A stretch of 63,970 nt of DNA, counting the filler, from an uncultured Gemmatimonadota bacterium (GTDB taxonomy: Bacteria > Blakebacterota > Blakebacteria > Blakebacterales > Blakebacteraceae): NCBI GenBank assembly GCA_964576115.1. It is 3 parts of 3 records of this genome, joined end to end, with 100 filler letters (N's around TTAATTAATTAA, not from the genome) between each part and the next. Parts side by side here need not be neighbours in the genome. Positions count along the whole stretch, not along the records: positions 1 to 30,389 come from CAZNUA010000041.1; 2 more parts are not named here. One strand, 5' to 3'. The position numbers and the translations under genes are program-made. The notes beneath the pieces were generated by a model, which did not search any database, was not told the origin of the DNA, and worked only from the letters and a program-made list of their open reading frames with translations. Of the stretch, positions 17,137 through 25,597 are shown piece after piece. Every line of letters begins with the position of its first letter. Positions within the stretch are counted from its first letter, which is position 1.

Positions 17137-18573
17137 TCACCCGATCTTCGTGAAGACGATCTTGTCTTCACCGGGGCCGGGGACGAGCAGGCGAAGCACG
17201 TGACCCTCGTCATCGAGTTCGAAATCGATCCCGGATTGCCGCACGGGGACGGCGAACCTGGTCCGGGACTCGGGCACGATCTCGTCCTTCAAGCCGTTGG
17301 GCAGAACGATGTACAGTTTCCCCTCTTCGCGGATGACGGTGAGTTCGGGGCCCGGTTCGGTCCCTGAACCCAACCGGTACGTTCCGAGATAGGCATCTTC
17401 CTCTTCGGGGCTCAGCTCGATTCCGACCACTTCGTCGAATGGTTCACCCAGGGCGATTGCCGCCACACTCTCGGCGACGATCCTGACCGGAGTGGCGCTG
17501 TCATCCTCGATATTGGACAGCACGGCGACATACAGCCCTTCATCGGGCAGGCGCAGGGCGTGGGCCAGATAGCCGTTGATGCGACCGCTGTGCCAGATGA
17601 TCCGCCGGCCCTTGAACTGTTCGATGAACCAGCCGAAACCATAGCTGGTAGCGGTACCGTCGTTCAGAGCGACGGGCGTGAAGCACTGATCGAGTGACGC
17701 CCGGCTCAGCAGCCGATCGGTGTCCAGGGCCGCATCCCAGGCCGCCAGATCGTCGAGGTTGGAATACAGCGCCCCCGCCGCCCAGGGATGGGACATGCTC
17801 ATCATCTCGGGCAGGACGAGCTCGCCCCCCACCCGCTGGTAACCGCAGACATGGCCGGGCACGATCGTGACATCATCGTCGATACCGGTGTGCTCGAGAC
17901 CGAGAGGTTCGATGATCCGCTCGGTGACGAACTGCGCCCAGTTCATGCCGGCTGCCGTTTCGATCACGCGGCCCAGGACGAGATAGCCGGAATTGCTGTA
18001 CTGCCACTGTTCGCCCGGTTCGAAATCCAGCGGCTTGTCCTTGAAATACCCGAGCAGTTCATCGGGCGTGAGGGTGTCTCTGAGATGCACGCTCCATTCC
18101 TCGATTCCGAGGAGTTCGGGAATGCCCGAGGTATGGGCGAGCAGGTGTCGGATCGAGATTCTCCGGCCGATCGCCGGATAGTCAGGCAGGTAATCGACAA
18201 TCGTATGGTCCAGCTCGATCAGCCCGTCTTCGACCAGCATCATGACGGCCACGGCCGTGAACTGCTTGGTCATCGAGCCGATACGGAAGACCATGCCGGG
18301 ATCGATCTCGACCCCCAGCTCGACGCTGGCCAGACCGAGACCCCGGCGGTATATCGCGTCGCCGTCGCGGACGACTATCACCGCCGCCCCGGGCTGATCG
18401 GCGGCGTAGAGTCCGGTGAGATAGGCATCGATCTGTTCGTCGATGGCGTTCTGAGCCCGGGCTCCAGAGGCAATGGCAACCACCGCAATCATCTGGACTG
18501 CGGTCAGCAGAAATCGAAAAGTCAGCTTTTTCATCGGTTTATTCCCTGTCGTCATTGTATTCCCCGTCGTCAT
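17137..18573 (-). CDS. Exported beta-lactamase-family serine hydrolase with C-terminal extension domain
   Basis: FRIGSMTK (SxxK), LLAHTSG, YSN, HSG; start at 18573 (ATGA overlap with tetR) or 18534; short MTTGN duplication at the N-terminus. Confidence 0.92.
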   Translation of the reverse strand: MTTGNTMTTGNKPMKKLTFRFLLTAVQMIAVVAIASGARAQNAIDEQIDAYLTGLYAADQPGAAVIVVRDGDAIYRRGLGLASVELGVEIDPGMVFRIGSMTKQFTAVAVMMLVEDGLIELDHTIVDYLPDYPAIGRRISIRHLLAHTSGIPELLGIEEWSVHLRDTLTPDELLGYFKDKPLDFEPGEQWQYSNSGYLVLGRVIETAAGMNWAQFVTERIIEPLGLEHTGIDDDVTIVPGHVCGYQRVGGELVLPEMMSMSHPWAAGALYSNLDDLAAWDAALDTDRLLSRASLDQCFTPVALNDGTATSYGFGWFIEQFKGRRIIWHSGRINGYLAHALRLPDEGLYVAVLSNIEDDSATPVRIVAESVAAIALGEPFDEVVGIELSPEEEDAYLGTYRLGSGTEPGPELTVIREEGKLYIVLPNGLKDEIVPESRTRFAVPVRQSGIDFELDDEGHVLRLLVPGPGEDKIVFTKIG

Positions 18574-19190
18574 GACTGCCGTGCGGAACGCGGCTGCCCG
18601 GCCCGCTCTCCAGAGCGTGCCAGCGAGAACAGGAACCTGATCCGCGATGTGAGAATGTGTTCCAGATCGAAACCGCACTCCCGGATGACCCAGTTCTTGG
18701 CCGTCCCGGTCAGGACCGCCAGGATCAAATCGGCGAAGAACCGCACCTCGATCGAGTCATCCAGCTCTCCGCTGCGACTTCCCTGTTCGAGATGGGTCAC
18801 GAGGTAGTCCAGCAAGGCGGCATCGAGTGCATCTTCTTCACTCGATACCGTCCGGCTCCAGTTGCGCGTCTTGGCGGCGTAGAGTTCTGCTTCTTTTGTG
18901 CCGACCTGTCCCAGACCGGCTACGAGCGCACAGATTGCCTCTTCCGCCGTCCCGAAATCGGATTCCCGGCAGCTCTGCAGAACGTCGAGGGTGACTCTCT
19001 GATACCAGATCGCCAGGACGTGATCTTTGCCGGGGAAGTAGTTGAAGAAGGTTCCCTTCGCCACGCCGGCCTGCGATGTGATCCGGTCGACCGGGGTCGA
19101 TTCATACCCCAGTTCCCGGAACAGCTCGAGAGCGGTGGAATAGAGTCTTTCCTTGAGTTCCTCGGCCTGTTTCTGCCGCCATGTCGTCAC
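18570..19190 (-). CDS. TetR/AcrR family regulator
   Basis: GYESTPVDRITSQAGVAKGTFFNYFPGK HTH; GTG start. Confidence 0.93.
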   Translation of the reverse strand: MTTWRQKQAEELKERLYSTALELFRELGYESTPVDRITSQAGVAKGTFFNYFPGKDHVLAIWYQRVTLDVLQSCRESDFGTAEEAICALVAGLGQVGTKEAELYAAKTRNWSRTVSSEEDALDAALLDYLVTHLEQGSRSGELDDSIEVRFFADLILAVLTGTAKNWVIRECGFDLEHILTSRIRFLFSLARSGERAGQPRSARQS

Positions 19191-19249
19191 TCTTCAGAAC
19201 CCCTTTCCTTCCTGCTCACGCAAGGTCGTCCTGGAGAGGTCGACCCTGT

Positions 19250-19284
19250 GAATGACCGTGGTCATATTATGACTACGGTCATTC
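19250..19284. promoter_or_regulatory. Double operator palindrome upstream of tetR
   Basis: GAATGACCGTGGTCATA-T-TATGACTACGGTCATTC: a 35-bp palindrome (1 mismatch) made of two ATGAC-N4-GTCAT boxes. Confidence 0.75.
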
Positions 19285-19688
19285 TTCAACTTTGTTTCAT
19301 TGCTCAGACTGAAATGCAGAACTCGGTAACGCAGGACGATAATGATGGCAAGCAGCGATCGCTATACCGGGGGGAGCATCTTCCTGGCTGAGATGCAGCG
19401 GACCTCGGATGTTCTGCAAACGGCGAACGTGGGGTTTGAGCTGATTCCGGCCGAATATCCCGAAGAGCCCGGATTCGTCGCTGAAAGATGAGATCTCCAT
19501 TAGGTCCCGGGGCAGTCTGCCCGAATATCTGTCACTGTGGGGTGCTGATACCGGACGTGACGTGAAGCCGGGTTTCGACTCCGGATGCCCCTGCCGGTGA
19601 CACCGAAAAGCCCCAACCATGCATCGATCGAGGTCGTACATACTGTAAAGATCCAGGTTAATGGGAACCCCGGACCGGGACGGCATGT

Positions 19689-22097
19689 ATGCACGATCTG
19701 ATCCAGGACCTCCGATACGCTCTGCGCACCCTCCGCCGTCGTCCCGACTTCACCGCGGTGGCTCTTCTCACCCTGGCCCTGGGGATCGGAGCCAACTCGG
19801 CGATATTCAGCGTGGTCCACACCGTCCTGCTTCAACCGCTGCCCTTCGCCGAACCCGATCGACTGGTCCAGATATGGGAGTCGCGGGTAGACCGGGGCTG
19901 GAATCGGGCCTCGGTCGCGCCGGGGAATTACTGGGACCTCAAGGATATGAACCGCACCTTCGAAGATCTCGGCGTTTTCTCGGGTCAGAGCATGAACCTG
20001 ACCGGCGGCGAGTTCCCCCAGCGGATCAGTGCCGGGCGGGTCTCGGCGGGGTTCTTCTCCATCCTCGGCGTCCGGCCGGTGATGGGACGTACCTTCATCG
20101 CCGGAGAGGACGATCCCGGACGGGATAACCAGGTGGCTGTCCTGGGATACCGCTTCTGGCAGAATCAGTTCGGCAGCGATCCGGAGGTGGTGGACTCGAC
20201 CGTGATGCTCGACGGTCGCAGTTTCCGGATCGTCGGTGTCCTGCCGTACGGAGAACCATGGCTGAACTACAGCGATCTCTTCATCCCCTATGTCAGGGAT
20301 CCGAACGCAACCCGGGCGTCGTTCGAAGTGGCCGTGATCGGCCGTCTCTGTGACGGGGTGGACTTCGATACCGGACTGGCCGACCTGAATGCGGTCGCCG
20401 CACAACTGGCCGAGACGTATCCCGAACAGCTCGAGGGCATCGGTATCGCCATGGGATCCTCGAGCGAGTGGGTCGCCGATGACGACCTGCGGCTCGCCCT
20501 GGTGGTTCTCTTCGGCGCGGTCGGATTTCTGCTGCTGATCGCCTGTGTCAATATCGCCAACCTGCTCACGGCCCTTGCCACCACACGCCAGAGGGAACTG
20601 GCCCTGCGGTCGGCCCTTGGGGCCGGTCGCCAGCGTATCATCCGCCAGGTCATTACCGAAAGTCTGCTGCTGGGAGTCATCGGTGCTCTCCTCGGCTTGC
20701 TGATCGCGGCGGGAGCGCTGCAACTGATCCAGGCTCTCGAGCCCCGGGGCATCCCGCGGATCGCCGATATCGGCCTGAACGGTCCGGTGCTCGGCTTCAC
20801 GATCGTCACAGGATTGCTGGCGGGAGTCATTTCAGGACTCATCCCGGCCCTCCAGATCCCGTACGCCAGTGCCGCGACGGCCCTGCACTCGGGTGAGCGG
20901 ACCGCAACCGGCCCGGGCCGGAGCAAGCGCCTGCGCAACGTCCTCGTGGGCGCCGAGGTCGCGCTCTCCCTGGTCCTGCTGGTCGGGGCGGGACTGCTGG
21001 TACGCAGTTTCGGGCAACTGCTCGGTGTCGATCGGGGATTCGCGACCGAGAACCGCCTCGTCTTCTCGGTGACCATTCCCGATGACTGGGACGGCGCTCG
21101 TCACACCCAGGTCCGGAACGATTTCCTCGAACGGATCCAGCTGATGCCGCAGGTGCTCTCGGCCGCGGCAGTCAATGTGCGTCCTCTCATCGACGGCAGT
21201 ACCGGCCTGGGGATCCTTCCCCAGGGTCATCCGCCCGAAGCCGAAGATGACGTTCCCTGGGCCAGCTGGAGGATGATCACCCCCGAGTACTTCGCAACCA
21301 TCGGGATACCCGTCGTCCAGGGCCGGACTTTCACCGCCGACGAGGTGGTCGGCAATCCCTGGAGGGTCATCATCAGCCGGCGGCTGGCCGAGGAGATGTG
21401 GCCGGGCGAGAACCCGATCGGCCGCACCGCGCTTCTCTGGAAAGGACAGGGGGAACGTCCCGCCGAGGTAATCGGGGTGGTCGGCGATATGGCCGAACGG
21501 GGACTCGACTCCGGACCGACCCGGGCGACCTATATCCCCTACCTGGGCGCCTCCTGGTCGCCGATGCACGTCGTGGTGCACACCACCACCGCCCCGGAAG
21601 CGATCATCCCCGATATGCGCGGCATCCTGGCCGATATCCATCCCGACCTGCCGATCTCGAACGTCACCAGCATGGAGGAGATGGTCGGGATCTCGGTGGC
21701 AACCCGCCGTTTCAACATGCTGCTGCTGACGATCTTCTCGGGGGTGGCTCTGCTGCTGGCTCTGGCCGGGATCTTCGGGGTGCAGTCGTATTCGGTGACC
21801 CGTCAGACGGCCGAAATCGGGGTTCGGGTCGCGCTCGGCGCCGGCCGGGGACAGATCCTCAATCACGTCATCAGGGCGGGCATGAAGCCGGCCGCGATCG
21901 GCTTGCTCGCCGGTATCGCCGGCGCTCTTCTCCTCTCGCGGCTGATGCGGAGCCTTCTCTTCGGGATCGGTGCCGCCGACCTGGTCACCTATCTGGCCAT
22001 GGCGCTGCTGCTGCTCCTGGCGGCGTACGTTTCCTGCTATCTCCCCGCCCGTCGGGCCCTGCAGATCGATCCGGTCGTCGCACTCCGAAAGGAGTAG
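19689..22097 (+). CDS. ADOP-family duplicated orphan ABC transporter permease
   Basis: QDLRYALRTLRRRP, LALGIGANSAIFSVV, LLIACVNIANLL, EIGVRVALGA, PARRALQIDPVVALRKE. Confidence 0.95.
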   Translation: MHDLIQDLRYALRTLRRRPDFTAVALLTLALGIGANSAIFSVVHTVLLQPLPFAEPDRLVQIWESRVDRGWNRASVAPGNYWDLKDMNRTFEDLGVFSGQSMNLTGGEFPQRISAGRVSAGFFSILGVRPVMGRTFIAGEDDPGRDNQVAVLGYRFWQNQFGSDPEVVDSTVMLDGRSFRIVGVLPYGEPWLNYSDLFIPYVRDPNATRASFEVAVIGRLCDGVDFDTGLADLNAVAAQLAETYPEQLEGIGIAMGSSSEWVADDDLRLALVVLFGAVGFLLLIACVNIANLLTALATTRQRELALRSALGAGRQRIIRQVITESLLLGVIGALLGLLIAAGALQLIQALEPRGIPRIADIGLNGPVLGFTIVTGLLAGVISGLIPALQIPYASAATALHSGERTATGPGRSKRLRNVLVGAEVALSLVLLVGAGLLVRSFGQLLGVDRGFATENRLVFSVTIPDDWDGARHTQVRNDFLERIQLMPQVLSAAAVNVRPLIDGSTGLGILPQGHPPEAEDDVPWASWRMITPEYFATIGIPVVQGRTFTADEVVGNPWRVIISRRLAEEMWPGENPIGRTALLWKGQGERPAEVIGVVGDMAERGLDSGPTRATYIPYLGASWSPMHVVVHTTTAPEAIIPDMRGILADIHPDLPISNVTSMEEMVGISVATRRFNMLLLTIFSGVALLLALAGIFGVQSYSVTRQTAEIGVRVALGAGRGQILNHVIRAGMKPAAIGLLAGIAGALLLSRLMRSLLFGIGAADLVTYLAMALLLLLAAYVSCYLPARRALQIDPVVALRKE

Positions 22098-22110
22098 ACC
22101 GCAGCGACAT

Positions 22111-22182
22111 CCGATGTACTACCGCTCCTGAAGGGAATCCTGGACCTTCTGATCTTCAAGGCCCTGAGCGTCGAGGCCACTC
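22111..22182 (+). pseudogene. Truncated duplicate of the padR 5' end
   Basis: 72 bp, 69/72 identical to 25245-25316 (DVLPLLKGxLDLLIxKALSVEAT); lacks the start codon and the rest of the gene. Confidence 0.9.
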
Positions 22183-22280
22183 GAGAAAGTCGAGGCGACC
22201 GGCGGCCATAATATCTCCTTCACTTTATATATATAACAGCGCAGGGGAAACATTTCGGCGATCCCCCCCGTATCTCCCGG

Positions 22281-22410
22281 GATAGAAAGTGCACTCCCCG
22301 GGGAGAAAGCAGATCCACTGGTGAGAAAGCAGATTCACTGGTGAGAAAGCATGTCTCGCGGTGAGAACGCGTATTTCCCGGGGAGAAAGTGTCTCTCTAC
22401 GTGAGAAACC
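22281..22410 (+). repeat. Degenerate tandem array, 20-bp period, about 6.5 units
   Basis: G(T/G)GAGAAAG(C/T)-like half at 22281, 22301, 22321, 22341, 22361, 22381 and 22401, alternating with a variable 10-bp half. Confidence 0.85.
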
Positions 22411-22455
22411 TGGGACGGCCCTACCCGGCGGGGTTTGTAAGGGGAGGGTACCAGC

Positions 22456-25029
22456 ATGTCGAGACTATTCCAAGACCATCACAATCCCATTCCGTTCGCC
22501 CGGCAAAGTCTCAACTCCGGCAGGAGATCCAACGGCTCCTCGTATACCGCCCCTGATCCCGGAGCGGGAGAGCCCCAGAACCGGTTGGCCATCGGTTTCG
22601 GCAATCTGCTCCTGGCCTTCCGGCACGCCGTCCGCAGCCTGATCCGCCGTCCCCTGATGACCTTCATTTCGGCTCTCACCCTCGCCCTGGGGATTGGTGC
22701 CTGTACGATCGTGTTCAGTATCACGTACCACACCACCATCCGGACGCTTCCCTTCCCCGACTCTCATCAATTAGTCGGGATCAACCAACTGACTCCCGAG
22801 CTGACCGGTTCCGATCCCTCTCTCAATCGGCTCTACTACTTCTGGATGATTCCCTATGCCCACTATCGCGACTGGGCGGAAATGAGCACCTCGTATGCGG
22901 CCATGGGTGCCTATTCTCCGCGCGGAGTCACCCTGACAGCAGTCGACGAGGCGGTGAGATTGACCGGCATGCGTCTGACATCAGGCGTTTTCTCCGCGCT
23001 GGAGGTTGAAGCCGCTCTCGGTCGTACTCTGCAGCCCGAGGACGACATCATCGGTGCTCCTCCTGTTACCGTCCTGAGTCATGCGATCTGGGAGAACCGG
23101 TTCGGTTCCGATCCGTCGATCATCGGACGGGATATCCACTTTAGTGGAATGGCGTATACGGTCGTCGGCATCATGCCCCGCGGTTTTCTCTTCCCCTATG
23201 AGGGAATCTCCTGCTGGTTCAACTTCTCCGACGCAGAAAAGACCTCTCCCAGTCGTGTGAACGGCTATCTCAAGGTGATCGCCAGGCTCAAGCCTGATAT
23301 CTCGCTCGATCAGGCTCAGGCCGAGATGAACCGGATCGCTCACAATCTGGGAGTGGAGTATCCCGCCGAGGAGGAGCACGGTGTTCGCGTGACCAGCTAC
23401 CACCGGCTCATTGTCGGCGGGAGCGATTCCGGTCTGGCCATCCTCATCGCAGCGGTGGTTATGGTCCTGCTCATTACCTGCGCCAACATCGCCGGACTGC
23501 TCCTGGTGCGAGCCATGGAGCGTCATCGGGAGCTGGCCGTCCGGGCCGCACTGGGGGCCGGACGACGCAATCTCATCATGCAATCGCTTGGTGAGAGCCT
23601 GCTTCTTTCCTTATTCGGCGGTCTGCTTGGTCTCGGGATCGCTGTCTGCGGTTTACGTCCCTTTCTGGCTGTCTATCCGGGCCTTCTCCCCCCCTCCGGC
23701 GAGGTGACGGTCGATCCCGTGCTCTTCGCGGTCGCCCTGCTTCTTGCGGTCCTCGTCGGGATTCTGATCGGTCTGGTTCCGGCTTTGCGTACCGTCCGCA
23801 CCCCGGCTATGGCAACCATTCGCGATGCGTCCGGACGGACCTCAGGCGGTCGGCAGAGGAATCGAACCCAGGCCGGTCTGGTCGTCGCCCAGGTCACCCT
23901 GAGCTTTGTCCTGCTGGCGGGGGCGAGCCTGATGGTGAAAAGCTACCGTTGGTTGAACCGTGTTGATCTCGGCTACGACACCCGGAACACACTCATCATG
24001 ACTGTGGTATTACCCAATTCTTACCATTCCAGCGGCGAAGAGCGTCTTGGCTTTTTCTCCGAACTGTTCGATCGGCTCGAAGCCCTGCCCGGCATGGCCG
24101 GAGTCGCAGCCATCGAACAGGTTCCCTTCCTGAGCCCGCTTTCCTCACCCTCAATCTATGTCGAGACAGCCACCGGTAACGTCATGGCGGCTATCCACGA
24201 ATCCAATGTCTCCCCCTCCTATTTCGAGGTCATGAACATCCCCATCATCTCAGGGCGTGGATTCAGCAGCGCAGACCGGCTTGACACCCCATTGATGACG
24301 GTCGTCAATCAAACACTGGTGGAACGGTTCTGGCCAGATGAGAACCCGATCGGACGACGTCTCAATGCCGGCAGTGAAGACAACCCGATATGGTTGACGG
24401 TCATCGGAGTGGCGGCCGACACGCGGTATCGGCCACAGAGCCAGCCTATCCCGGAATTTTATGTGTCTATCGAACAGTATCCCGAGTGGTACTTGAATGT
24501 GCTGATGAAAACCACGACCGATCCCCTGGCTCTGGCGGCTCCCGCCCGCGCGGTTGTCAGGGAGCTGGATGCCAGCATCCCCATCGAAGTCGACCTCTAT
24601 GATGAGCGAATCAGGGATTCCCGCGCAATGAGCATGCCCCGGTTCAGTGCCTGGGCTTTCGGAGCCCTCGCCCTGGTGGCGGCTGTGCTTACGGTGATCG
24701 GTCTGTACGGCACCCTGGCCTTCGTCGTGGTTCGCCAGACCCGCGATATCGGAATCCGAATCGCCCTGGGAGCCGACCGGTGGCGCGTGATACGCAGCGT
24801 GCTCGGGCGCGGCCTTACACTGGTGGCGGTCGGACTCGCGCTCGGACTGGGTATTGCCCTGGTAGCAGGCAATGTACTTCAAGCGGCGCTCTTCGGTATC
24901 CAGCCGGCCGATCCTCTGACCTTGATCGAGGTTGGCGTACTCGTTATCGCAGCCGGCCTGGCAGCCAGCTGGCTGCCGGCCCGCCGGGCCACGGCGGTCG
25001 ACCCGATCAGTTGTCTGCGGCAGGAATAG
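22456..25029 (+). CDS. ADOP-family duplicated orphan ABC transporter permease
   Basis: LTLALGIGACTIVFS, LLITCANIAGLLL, DIGIRIALGA, PARRATAVDPISCLRQE; GGAGG RBS; atypical ~50 aa N-terminal extension. Confidence 0.93.
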   Translation: MSRLFQDHHNPIPFARQSLNSGRRSNGSSYTAPDPGAGEPQNRLAIGFGNLLLAFRHAVRSLIRRPLMTFISALTLALGIGACTIVFSITYHTTIRTLPFPDSHQLVGINQLTPELTGSDPSLNRLYYFWMIPYAHYRDWAEMSTSYAAMGAYSPRGVTLTAVDEAVRLTGMRLTSGVFSALEVEAALGRTLQPEDDIIGAPPVTVLSHAIWENRFGSDPSIIGRDIHFSGMAYTVVGIMPRGFLFPYEGISCWFNFSDAEKTSPSRVNGYLKVIARLKPDISLDQAQAEMNRIAHNLGVEYPAEEEHGVRVTSYHRLIVGGSDSGLAILIAAVVMVLLITCANIAGLLLVRAMERHRELAVRAALGAGRRNLIMQSLGESLLLSLFGGLLGLGIAVCGLRPFLAVYPGLLPPSGEVTVDPVLFAVALLLAVLVGILIGLVPALRTVRTPAMATIRDASGRTSGGRQRNRTQAGLVVAQVTLSFVLLAGASLMVKSYRWLNRVDLGYDTRNTLIMTVVLPNSYHSSGEERLGFFSELFDRLEALPGMAGVAAIEQVPFLSPLSSPSIYVETATGNVMAAIHESNVSPSYFEVMNIPIISGRGFSSADRLDTPLMTVVNQTLVERFWPDENPIGRRLNAGSEDNPIWLTVIGVAADTRYRPQSQPIPEFYVSIEQYPEWYLNVLMKTTTDPLALAAPARAVVRELDASIPIEVDLYDERIRDSRAMSMPRFSAWAFGALALVAAVLTVIGLYGTLAFVVVRQTRDIGIRIALGADRWRVIRSVLGRGLTLVAVGLALGLGIALVAGNVLQAALFGIQPADPLTLIEVGVLVIAAGLAASWLPARRATAVDPISCLRQE

Positions 25030-25240
25030 AGTTGAAGACCCATATGCCTCCGCGGCTCAGGGATTGTTGATTACGAAAATATAAACGGAATCAACGCGAT
25101 ATGGCTTGAGTCGGAGCACCCATGGTCTCGATGGCGGATTTCGTCTTGACGCCCGAGCGAAGGGTTAGTACATTCCCCTTAGCACGCACGGGTAATGTTC
25201 TACAGGATACTATTGTTCTTTTACCTGGATCGAGGCAATC

Positions 25241-25597
25241 ATGGCCGATGTACTACCACTCCTGAAGGGAACCCTGGACCTTCTGATCCTCAAGGCCCTG
25301 AGCGTCGAGGCCACTCACGGGTATGGCCTGTCGGTATGGCTGGAGACCGAATCGGGGGGCAATATCGCGGTCGAAGACAGCGCCATCTACCAGGCGCTGC
25401 GGCGCCTCGAAGGCCGGCGCTTGATCGAGGCCGAGTGGGGTGTGACGGAGAACAATCGACGGGCGCGCTACTACCGCCTGACCTCCGCCGGACGCGACCA
25501 CCTGCACGATGAAGCCGCCACCTGGCTGCGGTACACCCAGTGGGTCACCACGCTCCTCGGTTCCGGCGGGGGAATCCCGGTTCGGGGGGAGAGGTAA
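25241..25597 (+). CDS. PadR-family transcriptional regulator (ADOP-associated type)
   Basis: LLKGTLDLLILKAL...HGYGL...WGVTENNRRARYYRLT. Confidence 0.95.
   Translation: MADVLPLLKGTLDLLILKALSVEATHGYGLSVWLETESGGNIAVEDSAIYQALRRLEGRRLIEAEWGVTENNRRARYYRLTSAGRDHLHDEAATWLRYTQWVTTLLGSGGGIPVRGER

Noticed and set aside
19290-19688. 48-codon ORF at about 19345-19491 and possible riboswitch before the ADOP gene
   Set aside because: No RBS, homology cue or known riboswitch consensus that I can support.
22281-22410. Mini-CRISPR reading of the 20-bp array
   Set aside because: The conserved and variable halves are only 10 bp each, the variable halves resemble one another, and no cas genes are present in the window.
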